From NCBI RefSeq assembly GCF_039770275.1, contig NZ_JBDMYO010000012.1: 64,000 bases of DNA. One strand, 5' to 3'. Shown here piece after piece: positions 50,946 to 60,729 of this stretch; position 1 is the stretch's first letter; the number at the start of each line of letters is the position of its first letter. The position numbers and the translations under genes were made by a program. This DNA is from Nonlabens sp. (GTDB taxonomy: Bacteria; Bacteroidota; Bacteroidia; Flavobacteriales; Flavobacteriaceae). The notes beneath the pieces are model-generated. The model saw only the letters and a list, made by a program, of their open reading frames with translations, was not told where the DNA came from and ran no database searches.

Positions 50946-51715
50946 TAGGCTGCTTTAGATTTTATGGATTTGAACTCTTGTACTGCATCCCTGTAAGAGC
51001 TTTCATCAATGGAGAATTCACCATACCAGACATGATCGTATAAATAAGATACTTTTTTAAATTGCTCCTTTGTATCTGGGTTTTTAAGTTCTCTGTAATA
51101 ATCACTATTGGTTTTTTGGAAGTCCCATTCGATTAATTTTCGAGCACTTAAACTTTTAAGCATGGACAGATATTGAAAACGAATAGCGTTTCTATAATTA
51201 CCTTCTTTTTCATTATTTTGAATCAAATTAGTAAAATCAATTTCTTCAATGTGAGTATCTTCAATAGTAACGCTACTTTTTTCTTTAGAAGTTCTACCAA
51301 AAAGTTTTGAAGCGCTTTCATTTCCTACCAGTTTTACGATCATAAAAACAACCACTGCTCCTATCAGAAAATAGAATAAATAAGTAAGTATTTTTATGGT
51401 AAATGGTGATAGCGTAAAACCAAAAATATCCTGAATACCTTCTAAAACCCAACTTAAGAATCTACTGAACAAGTTCTGACTGCTAGTCTGTGAACGTTCA
51501 TAATTAAACTCGCCACTAGAGTATTCTTCATTTAAATCCTGATCAAATTTGCGCACTGTTAGCTCTCTTGTATCATAATTTCTACCTAGCGTATCCACTA
51601 TTTCAACTGGTTGATCTTCAATTTGCTCAATTAAACCTTGCACATCTTGTGCTTTTCCAATGTTTGAAAAAGCTACTAACATCATAAGAAAGAGTATGAA
51701 ATTCTTATTCTGCAT
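50945..51715 (-). CDS. DUF4129 domain protein
   Basis: YR.AIR..YL, KTN.DY, YDHVWYGEF. Confidence 0.8.
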   Translation of the reverse strand: MQNKNFILFLMMLVAFSNIGKAQDVQGLIEQIEDQPVEIVDTLGRNYDTRELTVRKFDQDLNEEYSSGEFNYERSQTSSQNLFSRFLSWVLEGIQDIFGFTLSPFTIKILTYLFYFLIGAVVVFMIVKLVGNESASKLFGRTSKEKSSVTIEDTHIEEIDFTNLIQNNEKEGNYRNAIRFQYLSMLKSLSARKLIEWDFQKTNSDYYRELKNPDTKEQFKKVSYLYDHVWYGEFSIDESSYRDAVQEFKSIKSKAA

Positions 51716-52640
51716 CTTCTACTCCTAATTTTGAAATGCGATTTCTTAAAAAGACATTGTATTTAGTTTCATGTAGATTGAAATAGAGAAATCCCATAAC
51801 TAACATGATCAAAAAGAATGCAAAGATACCAGTGATGCTATTGATCGCATAAAAGAAAAATTCTACAGCTTTGATAAAAATATTGTCTTGCAACTCTAAA
51901 TTATCTTCTGGGCTATTGAACGCATAAAAACCAATAATTAGTCCAGGAACTAACTGAAATAAGATAGAAGTTAAATAAATCAAGATCGTACTTACAAAAG
52001 ATACTCCTATGGCTTTCCAATATTTTGAAAACAACATTTCCCATCCTTTTCCTAAAGCTGCAACTGCATCAAGATTTTCATCATAAGCATAAGAAAACAT
52101 ACTCATTCCTAACCAGGTGAAATAAGAAATCATGATAATAGGGAAAACAAACAAGATCCCTATGATAGGTATAATAGCAGCTATTACAGATACAATAGTT
52201 ACCGGTATCAGGGCGATTCCTCCTATAAATAAGATTAAAAACATTCCACCTAATTTATTTTTGGCAAAATAAAATACCTCTTTAGAGTTGGGATTATTAG
52301 AGCGATCCCTTTCATACAATCGTAAATAAACGCCTGCAAGACTGGCGTTAAGAAGAATTACTAATAAATTCACAATAGCGCTTATAATACTTGCCGCCAG
52401 ACTAGTTTCTAAAGATCCAGCCATTGCTTGATCCATATAAGTGCCGCTAGAAAGTGCTACTAATGCATCGAGACCAGAACTGGATAAATAGTTCGTTAAA
52501 AACAAAATGATGATGAAAATAAAATTATAAGTGATAAACACCTTAAAAATATTTTTATGGTCTCCTTTTAAAAAATCAAAATAGGCGGTAATTACACCAC
52601 CAAAATCCCTACGCAATCGAGGCTCTATGTATTTGCTCAT
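51705..52640 (-). CDS. Conserved membrane protein (MoxR cluster)
   Basis: RDFGGVITAYF.F, multiple TM helices. Confidence 0.7.
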   Translation of the reverse strand: MSKYIEPRLRRDFGGVITAYFDFLKGDHKNIFKVFITYNFIFIIILFLTNYLSSSGLDALVALSSGTYMDQAMAGSLETSLAASIISAIVNLLVILLNASLAGVYLRLYERDRSNNPNSKEVFYFAKNKLGGMFLILFIGGIALIPVTIVSVIAAIIPIIGILFVFPIIMISYFTWLGMSMFSYAYDENLDAVAALGKGWEMLFSKYWKAIGVSFVSTILIYLTSILFQLVPGLIIGFYAFNSPEDNLELQDNIFIKAVEFFFYAINSITGIFAFFLIMLVMGFLYFNLHETKYNVFLRNRISKLGVEDAE

Positions 52641-53595
52641 ATTTGTTTTTAACTATTCTAGGGTATATTCCATAATACCAAATGATCAATGCTGCGCTTC
52701 CTATTACAATAATCCAGTTCACGATTGCTGGCATAAAGGCGTATCTAGTAACAAAACCTTCTATAAAACCTGCAATAATGAATAAAGGTATGGTGCTCAC
52801 CATTACTTTTAAGCCTGCTTTGGCACTTTTTATTAAAGAGTATTTACGTTCATAAGTCTTAGGAAATAGCAATCCATTACCTAAAATAATTCCTGCTGCA
52901 CCACAAACTACAATTATAGAAAGTTCGATAGTACCATGCAGCATGATCACACGCCATGCTTCAATCGTTACTCTTTCATTATAAAACATGGTAAAAAACG
53001 CACCTACCATAACGCCGTTACTAAAAATCACGTATAAAGAACCAATAGATGTTAACATTCCTAATGCAAAACATAACATCCCAACTCTTATGTTATTAAT
53101 AGTAATACCTAAAAACATGCCGCCTTCTCCACTTTGTTGATAAACCGCTGTAGGATTTCCAGCAGCGATATTATCTAAAGTCATATTCACATAAGCATCA
53201 CCTAGAATAAGTCTTACAAAACTATCATCATAAAGTGTACTAATAGTACCGATGAATATAGCTACAAAAAATGCGAGAATAGCAAACAAAAATTCTTTTT
53301 GATATCCAGAAAAAAACAATGGAAAATCTGTTCTAAAGAATCCTACAATGCTATTTTTGCTTTCTTTCTTGTTAACATATATCTTTTGATGTGCCTGACT
53401 AGCGAGCGAATTCAAATACTTAAGGGTATTTGAATTTCTATAATAAGTTTGTGCATAAGCAAGATCGTTAGTAAGATGAATGTACAAATCAGATAAATGA
53501 TCTGGATTGATCTTTACATTTGCATCTAATGCTCTTTCAAAAGCTATCCATTTTTCCTTATTTTGCTTCACAAAAGCAGCTTCGCGCATGGGCAT
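52609..53595 (-). CDS. Stage II sporulation protein M (SpoIIM/DUF95) family membrane protein
   Basis: MREAAFV.QN, TNDLAYAQTYY, ITINNIRV, LHGTIEL, AGFIEGFVT. Confidence 0.88.
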   Translation of the reverse strand: MPMREAAFVKQNKEKWIAFERALDANVKINPDHLSDLYIHLTNDLAYAQTYYRNSNTLKYLNSLASQAHQKIYVNKKESKNSIVGFFRTDFPLFFSGYQKEFLFAILAFFVAIFIGTISTLYDDSFVRLILGDAYVNMTLDNIAAGNPTAVYQQSGEGGMFLGITINNIRVGMLCFALGMLTSIGSLYVIFSNGVMVGAFFTMFYNERVTIEAWRVIMLHGTIELSIIVVCGAAGIILGNGLLFPKTYERKYSLIKSAKAGLKVMVSTIPLFIIAGFIEGFVTRYAFMPAIVNWIIVIGSAALIIWYYGIYPRIVKNKYEQIHRASIA

Positions 53596-53629
53596 TTTTT
53601 TTTTAATAAAGATATAAACTTACAACCGT

Positions 53630-54352
53630 ATGTCAAATACTGCAATTAACACGGCACAAAATGTAAATATTGAATATGAGTTTGCTGGTGTAGGAAAGCG
53701 CATGATTGCTTTTTTACTCGATTTTGTAGTGCTAGCCATTTATATAATAGTGATGAGTTTAACTGTTTACAAAGCCATTGGACTCTTTGATAGTAATAAT
53801 GTCTTAGGAATTAAAGAGTTATCTCTTCTACCCATTTTTTGTTATTCATTAACTCTACATCTTATTTTTAATGGTCGCACAGTAGGTAAATTCATAATGG
53901 GTATCAAAGTAGTTAAGGAAGATGGATCGCCTGCAAACCTATCTGATTTTCTTGTTAGATGGATATTGAGATTGATTGATATTGTATTGTTTTTTGGAAC
54001 CGTAGGCGTTGTCACCATTTTATTTTCTGAAAAAAAGCAACGTTTAGGAGATATTGCTGCAAAAACAATTGTTATCAATACTAAAAAAAGCACTAAAATT
54101 TCTCATACCATACTAGAAGAGCTTGATCCCAATTATCAACCTCAATTTCAAAATGCCTACATCCTATCTGACGCTGTAGTTAATGAGATCAAAGATATCT
54201 ATCGTCTAGCTGGCGAAAGTCGCGATTACATGACTCTTAGAGAATTGCGCAATAGAGTAGAGCAACTATTAAACACTCAATCAGATTTACGAGATGGCGC
54301 ATTTATACGCACAGTTCTTAAAGATTACACTTATTTAACTCAAGGACGATGA
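53630..54352 (+). CDS. RDD family protein
   Basis: R..AFLLD, GRTVGK, RW..R.ID, QRLGD.AA.T. Confidence 0.9.
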   Translation: MSNTAINTAQNVNIEYEFAGVGKRMIAFLLDFVVLAIYIIVMSLTVYKAIGLFDSNNVLGIKELSLLPIFCYSLTLHLIFNGRTVGKFIMGIKVVKEDGSPANLSDFLVRWILRLIDIVLFFGTVGVVTILFSEKKQRLGDIAAKTIVINTKKSTKISHTILEELDPNYQPQFQNAYILSDAVVNEIKDIYRLAGESRDYMTLRELRNRVEQLLNTQSDLRDGAFIRTVLKDYTYLTQGR

Positions 54353-54972
54353 ATTTCATTGAAATTATTGATGTTTTAGGTACTATTGCCTTTGCGATTT
54401 CTGGTGCTCTTGCAGCTTTTTCAAAAAAATTAGATCCATTTGGTATTATAATAATTGCGTTTGTTACTGCTATAGGCGGCGGTACTTTGAGAGATATTTT
54501 AATAGGTGTTGATCCTGTTTCATGGATGCGCAATATGAATACTATTTACATTATTCTTGCTTGCGTTATCATCACTTTTATTTTTAAAACCAAACTATTA
54601 AAACTACGTAAGACGTTATTTTTATTTGACGCTATTGGGATAGGTTTATATACTGTGGTTGGTTTAGAAATGGGAATTGTCGCAGGTTTAAACCCTTTTA
54701 TATGTATCATACTTGGCTGTATGACAGCCTGTTTTGGTGGTGTGATACGTGATATTTTGATCAATGAAATTCCTGTAATTTTCAGAAAAAATATTTATGC
54801 TACTGCTTGCATTGCTGGTGGTATGATTTACTTTTTGCTTTTAGAATTTAATTTATCTAACAATATTGTTTTCATCGTTTCAGCTATAACAGTAATTGCA
54901 ACACGTGTTTTGGCTGTTATTTTTAAATTAAAGCTTCCTTCTCCGTATAGTGATGAAATTATAAAAGAATAA
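54349..54972 (+). CDS. TRIC/UPF0126 (YadS-like) membrane protein
   Basis: AFAISGA, TAIGGGTLRD, FDAIG.G, FGGVIRD. Confidence 0.9.
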   Translation: MNFIEIIDVLGTIAFAISGALAAFSKKLDPFGIIIIAFVTAIGGGTLRDILIGVDPVSWMRNMNTIYIILACVIITFIFKTKLLKLRKTLFLFDAIGIGLYTVVGLEMGIVAGLNPFICIILGCMTACFGGVIRDILINEIPVIFRKNIYATACIAGGMIYFLLLEFNLSNNIVFIVSAITVIATRVLAVIFKLKLPSPYSDEIIKE

Positions 54973-54986
54973 ATCATGTGTGTTTT

Positions 54987-55002
54987 CGCTTTCGCGAAAG
55001 CG
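54987..55002. repeat. Palindrome copy (perfect) between convergent genes
   Basis: Direct match; extends to TTTCG...CGAAA. Confidence 0.95.
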
Positions 55003-55071
55003 AAACAAAACAGCTATCTATGATGATAATTAATATTGTGCTTAATTTTCTAGTACTTAAGTAAGAGTATC

Positions 55072-55974
55072 TTATTCCTTTCCTGCTTTAAAGAGGTAAT
55101 CTTTCTCTGCTTTTGATAGAGATTCATAACCGCTAGAAGAAATCTTATCTAGAATCGCGTCAATCTTTGCTTGATCTGTAGACTTAGCTGAAGTAGTTTT
55201 TCTTGTAGTCGTTTTACCTTTGTATACCGTTTTCATTTTTGCTTTACGCTGGGATTTAGGTTGTTTAGGACTAGACTTAAAAAGGTTTGCAATGTAGTCT
55301 CCTATTTTTGCAAATCCTTCTAAAATATCGATACCAGATTTCATGCGAGTTGCGGCATAATAACCTACGGCTGCACCAGCAAGATGTGCCAGATTACCGC
55401 CTGCATTAACACCTAAAGCTGCTCCTACTATATTTATAGCAAGAAAAAAATAAGCAAAGTATTTTAATTTGATATTAACTATAATCAGTCGATACTCAGA
55501 TTCTGGGAAGTAAGTACATGCAAAAAAGATAAGCGCAAATACACCTGCGCTAGCACCTATTAAACTTGTGCCTTTGAAAAAACTAGGCAATAGGTTTGTA
55601 GCTAAAGCGAAAGAAATTGCTCCTGCAAATACTCCTAAAAAGAACAACGTTAGAAACTGCCTACCTTTAAATATGTTTAGAATATATCTTCCTGCGATAA
55701 AAATACCGAAGGCATTACCTATAAAATGAAGTATACCATCGTGTAAAAAACCATAAGTAATCCAGCTCCATGGTTTTAAAAGCAGTTCAACAAAGGAACG
55801 GTTTGTTAAATCCTCAAAGGTGTAACCATAGGAAAGAGCTAATTGATGATAAGCTGGAGCGTACAAAAAACTTAAAATCCAACCTAAAATAGTGGTTCCT
55901 AATAGTACAGTTATAAGCTTTGCACTTGTATCAAAAGTGGCATACTTTAATTTAAACTGATCCCAAACATTCAT
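55072..55974 (-). CDS. Rhomboid intramembrane serine protease with a C-terminal DUF6576-like tail
   Basis: H..GN, GASAG, AHLAG, IDAILDKIS.SGY.SL. Confidence 0.9.
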   Translation of the reverse strand: MNVWDQFKLKYATFDTSAKLITVLLGTTILGWILSFLYAPAYHQLALSYGYTFEDLTNRSFVELLLKPWSWITYGFLHDGILHFIGNAFGIFIAGRYILNIFKGRQFLTLFFLGVFAGAISFALATNLLPSFFKGTSLIGASAGVFALIFFACTYFPESEYRLIIVNIKLKYFAYFFLAINIVGAALGVNAGGNLAHLAGAAVGYYAATRMKSGIDILEGFAKIGDYIANLFKSSPKQPKSQRKAKMKTVYKGKTTTRKTTSAKSTDQAKIDAILDKISSSGYESLSKAEKDYLFKAGKE

Positions 55975-55976
55975 AA

Positions 55977-56639
55977 TTAATAGATTCTATATTTATCCAT
56001 GTCATTTCTTTTCCAGTACCAAATCATGATAAATCCGAATAATGCGCCACCTATATGAGCCAGGTGAGCAACATTAGCACTACTACCAATAATTCCCAAG
56101 GTAGCAAGTAATTCTTTGATCATATAGAACCCTATCAAATATTTAACTTTTACAGGAATAGGAATAGGAAACAGAACCATAGTACGATTAGGAAACAGCC
56201 ATATAAAAGCAGCCATAACACCATAAACAGCACCACTGGCTCCTACTGAAGGTCGATAATAACCATCACGCATAAAAGCATTTGTATCAAACAAAAAACT
56301 ATAATAATCTACCGCTGTTACGGTCAGAAATGCGCCAATACCGCACATCAAATAAAAGAATAAAAATCTTTTAGATCCCATCCAGTTTTCAATCGATGGT
56401 CCTAGAAATACTAAAAACAGCATATTATAGAGTATGTGCGTATAGCCATCTAGACTATGCATAAACATGTGCGTTACAGGTTGCCAAACTTGAAAATTAG
56501 GATTATCTATAAACCACAATGCAAAAGTATCAAATAGAAAAGGGGCTAAATCTCTGGCTAGAAAAGCCATTCCTAAGTATATGACGACGTTAAGAATCAA
56601 CAAATTCTTAACCATGGGTGATAAATTAAAATTGATCAT
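55977..56639 (-). CDS. Rhomboid intramembrane serine protease
   Basis: WQPVTHMFMH, HILYNM, GASGA, AHIGG. Confidence 0.92.
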   Translation of the reverse strand: MINFNLSPMVKNLLILNVVIYLGMAFLARDLAPFLFDTFALWFIDNPNFQVWQPVTHMFMHSLDGYTHILYNMLFLVFLGPSIENWMGSKRFLFFYLMCGIGAFLTVTAVDYYSFLFDTNAFMRDGYYRPSVGASGAVYGVMAAFIWLFPNRTMVLFPIPIPVKVKYLIGFYMIKELLATLGIIGSSANVAHLAHIGGALFGFIMIWYWKRNDMDKYRIY

Positions 56640-58472
56640 TTAATTAAATTTTGAATTTAAACTGTCACCAGATAAATTGATAAAAATTCTCTTTCCTGCA
56701 GCGGTTATTTCAGGTTCTTTACAGGCAAATAACTCGTCTACTAAGTTCTGCATTGCTTCATTAGTCAATGATTCTCCAGTTTTAATAGACATATTGGCTG
56801 CCATGGTTTGCGCCAGTCTATCTGCCGGAGAGTATGCGTTTTCAGGTAGATCTTGTTGTTCTTTTGCGATCACAGCTTCTAGAACAGCAGGAACATCCTT
56901 TTCCTTAAGTTCTAAAGGAAGGCCTTCTATTTCTACGACGTTATTTTCTAAACTTTTGAATTGAAAACCAGTATGCTCAAGCTCTTCCTGTAAATTGACG
57001 AGAACCGCTACTTCTTCTACAGGCAAATTTATTTTTATAGGAAAAAGCAATTGTTGACTCACTCCATTTTGTACAGTAAGCTGTCTCAATAGCTTTTCAT
57101 ATAAAATACGTTCATGAGCACGTTGTTGATTTACGACTAACAAGCCACTTTTCAAAGTGCTTATGACAAACTTGCGCTGCAACTGAAAAATATTGCGTTG
57201 CTCTACTTCATGTTGTTGAAAAATAGAAGTAGTAGACTCTTCTTGATGTGTTTCATCAACGATTTGCGAAGTTTCTTCTATACCTGTATACAGTGCTTCC
57301 CAAGGCTGTGATGGTGGTTTTTGATAAGAGGTTGTTTGAAATGACTTGCTTGAATTACTTTCTTGCTGAAACGGATTAAAATCTGGATTCACCTCTATTT
57401 TAGGAGCCTGAGTTTGATTGTTTTTGGCCACATCATAAGGAACTTCATATTGCTTTTCCTGCTGAAAATCAATCGAGTTTACAGAAAACTGACCTAATGC
57501 ATGCTTAACACTAGCTCTTAAAATAGCGTACAAACTATGCTCATCATCAAATTTAACCTCGGTTTTTGTTGGGTGTATATTTATATCGACGCTATCTGTA
57601 GGAACTGTGAGGTATAAGAAGTATGCTGGATTTGATTTATCTTTTAAAAGACCTTCAAAAGCACTGACCACTGCGTGATTCAAATAATTATGCTTAATAA
57701 ATCTATCATTCACAAAAAAATATTGAAGACCTCGAGTTTTTCTTGCAAATTCTGGTTTACCGATATAACCTTTAATGGTCATTAACTCTGTTTCTTCTTC
57801 TACAGGAACTAGTTTTTCATTAGTCTTTGCACCCATTATACTAACGATGCGCTGTCTATGTGTACTTCTTATGAGATTAAATAATGAAGTATCGTTATGA
57901 GTAAAACTGATCGCTACTTCTGGATGCACCATGGCTACACGATGAAACTCGTCCGTGATATTTCTTAATTCTACTTGATCAGATTTCAAGAATTTTCTTC
58001 TGGCTGGAACATTGTAGAATAGATTGCGTACACTAATCATAGTTCCTGGAGAAGTTACCACAGGCTCTTGTCTTGTAACTTTACTTCCTTCTATTTCAAG
58101 TAAAGTTCCTAGATCGTCTTCCAGTCTCTTGGACTTTACAACAATCTGAGCAATAGCAGCTACAGAGGCGAGAGCTTCTCCTCTAAAACCTTTAGTTTGA
58201 AGATTAAAAAGATCATCTGCCGTAGATATTTTTGATGTTGCATGACGTTCAAATGCCATACGCGCATCTGTCATACTCATTCCTTTACCATTATCAATGA
58301 CTTGGATGAGCGTTTTACCGGCATCTTTTATGATTAACTGTATTTGAGTAGCACCAGCATCTATAGAATTTTCAAGAAGTTCTTTTACAACACTAGATGG
58401 TCGTTGCACAACTTCACCAGCTGCAATCTGGTTTGCAACATGATCTGGTAATAATTTTATAATATCTGACAT
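56640..58472 (-). CDS. mutL: DNA mismatch repair protein MutL
   Basis: NQIAAGEVVQRP, ENSIDAGA, RHATSK, GFRGEALAS, DINIHPTK, QQRAHERI. Confidence 0.97.
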   Translation of the reverse strand: MSDIIKLLPDHVANQIAAGEVVQRPSSVVKELLENSIDAGATQIQLIIKDAGKTLIQVIDNGKGMSMTDARMAFERHATSKISTADDLFNLQTKGFRGEALASVAAIAQIVVKSKRLEDDLGTLLEIEGSKVTRQEPVVTSPGTMISVRNLFYNVPARRKFLKSDQVELRNITDEFHRVAMVHPEVAISFTHNDTSLFNLIRSTHRQRIVSIMGAKTNEKLVPVEEETELMTIKGYIGKPEFARKTRGLQYFFVNDRFIKHNYLNHAVVSAFEGLLKDKSNPAYFLYLTVPTDSVDINIHPTKTEVKFDDEHSLYAILRASVKHALGQFSVNSIDFQQEKQYEVPYDVAKNNQTQAPKIEVNPDFNPFQQESNSSKSFQTTSYQKPPSQPWEALYTGIEETSQIVDETHQEESTTSIFQQHEVEQRNIFQLQRKFVISTLKSGLLVVNQQRAHERILYEKLLRQLTVQNGVSQQLLFPIKINLPVEEVAVLVNLQEELEHTGFQFKSLENNVVEIEGLPLELKEKDVPAVLEAVIAKEQQDLPENAYSPADRLAQTMAANMSIKTGESLTNEAMQNLVDELFACKEPEITAAGKRIFINLSGDSLNSKFN

Positions 58473-58480
58473 GAAGTCGG

Positions 58481-58762
58481 TTAGAATCTAAAAATGGATA
58501 AATCAAAATCAATAATCCAAAGGAAAATCAAAACAAGAATAGCGATAATGATTAGAAGTCTTCTTTTCACTAAAGCATCAGTTCCTTGTTTAAGGTCTTG
58601 AATTGCATTACCAAATTTTCCTTTGATACCTACATTTTGTACGGTAGAACGTTGATCATCAAATTTGTGTTTGATTTGAAAAGGTTTATCACCAGAACTA
58701 TTTTTATAGTATCGTGGCTCATAATCGTACTTTTTATTTTTTCTGCGACCTATTATTCCCAT
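58481..58762 (-). CDS. Small conserved membrane protein upstream of mutL
   Basis: RKNKKYDYEPRYY, C-terminal TM; conserved upstream of mutL in Flavobacteria. Confidence 0.7.
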   Translation of the reverse strand: MGIIGRRKNKKYDYEPRYYKNSSGDKPFQIKHKFDDQRSTVQNVGIKGKFGNAIQDLKQGTDALVKRRLLIIIAILVLIFLWIIDFDLSIFRF

Positions 58763-58969
58763 AACCCTTGGTATTTTACAAATTTAACGAATACTCGTTA
58801 GAGATTATGCAAAGACTGTTCCTAATAAAAAGTAAAATCAAGAGATGCCATAAAGAATGACCAAATCCCTGAGAAATTGAGAATATGATCAATTCAATCA
58901 ATCACAACACTGTCATCCCATTTTTTTTTGGAATAAATAGAATGGTATGTTAGGTTTCAAAACTACCTA

Positions 58970-60589
58970 CTATACCGTATACATTTTATTCCTTAACTCT
59001 TTAATTTTCTTATCGTCCATATACTCTTCAAAAGTAGTGTAGCGATCAATCACACCATTAGGTGTTAATTCAATCACGCGATTACCTACAGTTTGAGCAA
59101 ACTCATGATCATGAGTAGTTAACATCACAGTCCCTTTAAAATTCTTTAAACTGTTATTTAAAGCTTGGATAGATTCTAGATCTAAGTGATTAGTAGGTTC
59201 ATCAACAACAAGAACATTTGCTCTCTTCATCATCATTTTAGATAGCATACAACGTACTTTTTCTCCTCCAGAAAGAACACGAGCACTTTTCAAAGCCTCT
59301 TCACCAGAAAAAATCATCTTCCCTAAGAAACCTCTAATGTGTACCTCTTCTCTTTCTTCTTCAGTTTGCGCATATTGTCTTAACCAATCTACTAAGTTCA
59401 AGTCTACATCAAAAAACTCTGCATTATCAACTGGTAAATAACTTTGTTCTGTAGTAACACCCCAATTGTATTTTCCGGCATCTGCAGTCGCACGACCCAT
59501 TATAATGTCGTAAAATAAGGAAGTAGCACGACTGTCTTTAGAAAACACCACAACTTTATCTCCTTTTGCAAGATTGATATCTACATCTTTAAAAAGGACT
59601 TCTCCATCTACAGAAGCTGCTAACTTTTCAACATTCAAAATTTGATCTCCAGCTTCACGATCGCGCTCAAATATAATAGCAGGATAACGTCTAGAAGATG
59701 GTTTGATCTCAGATATATCTAATTTATCAATCATCTTCTTACGAGAAGTTGCTTGTTTAGATTTTGCCACGTTTGCACTAAATCGAGCAATAAACTCTTG
59801 AAGCTCTTTTTTCTTCTCTTCGGCCTTTTTATTTGCCTGCTGGCGTTGTCTGGCTGCTAATTGAGAAGACTCATACCAGAAAGTGTAGTTACCAGTGTAT
59901 TGATTAATTTTACCAAAGTCAATATCTGCAATATTAGTACATACCGCATCTAGAAAGTGTCTATCGTGCGATACAACAATAACCGTATTTTCATAGTTAG
60001 CAAGAAAGTGCTCTAACCACGCGATAGTTTCATAATCCAGATCGTTAGTAGGCTCATCCATAACTAATACATCTGGTGTGCCAAAAAGCGCTTGGGTAAG
60101 AAGGACACGCACTTTTAATTTATTATCCATATCACCCATCAACGTGTGATGATATTCTTCACCTATACCCAGATTAGATAGTAAGGAAGCGGCAGCGCTG
60201 TCTGCATTCCAGCCGTCCATTTCTTCAAATGCCACTTGCAACTCGCCTATTCTGTCTGCATTTTCATCACTATAATCTGCATAAAGAGCGTCAATTTCTG
60301 ACTTTAATTTATACAAAGGCTTGTTCCCTTTAAGCACCGTTTCTAAAACAGTATCACCATCATGTGCATTGTGATCTTGCTCTAGAACAGACATTCTCTT
60401 CCCAGCCTCTAGATTCACATGACCACTAGTGGGTTCCATTTTGCCAGTAAGGATTTTTAAGAAGGTAGATTTTCCAGCACCATTTGCACCTATTATACCG
60501 TAGCAATTACTACCACCAAATTTTGCATTTACCTCATCAAATAATACACGCTTACCGAATTGTACCGATAAATTAGAAACCGTTAACAT
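58970..60589 (-). CDS. ABC-F family ATPase (YbiT-like)
   Basis: Two ABC cassettes (GANGAGKST; LSGGEK; DEPTNDLD and DEPTNHLD), no TM; start re-assigned to MLTVSNL (ATG 60589). Confidence 0.92.
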   Translation of the reverse strand: MLTVSNLSVQFGKRVLFDEVNAKFGGSNCYGIIGANGAGKSTFLKILTGKMEPTSGHVNLEAGKRMSVLEQDHNAHDGDTVLETVLKGNKPLYKLKSEIDALYADYSDENADRIGELQVAFEEMDGWNADSAAASLLSNLGIGEEYHHTLMGDMDNKLKVRVLLTQALFGTPDVLVMDEPTNDLDYETIAWLEHFLANYENTVIVVSHDRHFLDAVCTNIADIDFGKINQYTGNYTFWYESSQLAARQRQQANKKAEEKKKELQEFIARFSANVAKSKQATSRKKMIDKLDISEIKPSSRRYPAIIFERDREAGDQILNVEKLAASVDGEVLFKDVDINLAKGDKVVVFSKDSRATSLFYDIIMGRATADAGKYNWGVTTEQSYLPVDNAEFFDVDLNLVDWLRQYAQTEEEREEVHIRGFLGKMIFSGEEALKSARVLSGGEKVRCMLSKMMMKRANVLVVDEPTNHLDLESIQALNNSLKNFKGTVMLTTHDHEFAQTVGNRVIELTPNGVIDRYTTFEEYMDDKKIKELRNKMYTV

Positions 60590-60729
60590 AAATTCATTTT
60601 TGAATTTGCAAAAATACTCAATCTGTAGAGTTTTAGTAGAACTCTTTGCCATCAATTTAACAGTGTATTAACTCGATTTTTAGATCATTAAGCCGTTTTT
60701 TGTTGTTATCTATTATTATTGTTAATTTT

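Noticed and set aside
32166-58878. 13-bp identity TCCCTGAGAAATT at 32166 and 58866 in two intergenic regions
   Set aside because: A single 13-mer match is expected by chance at this scale; similarity does not clearly extend
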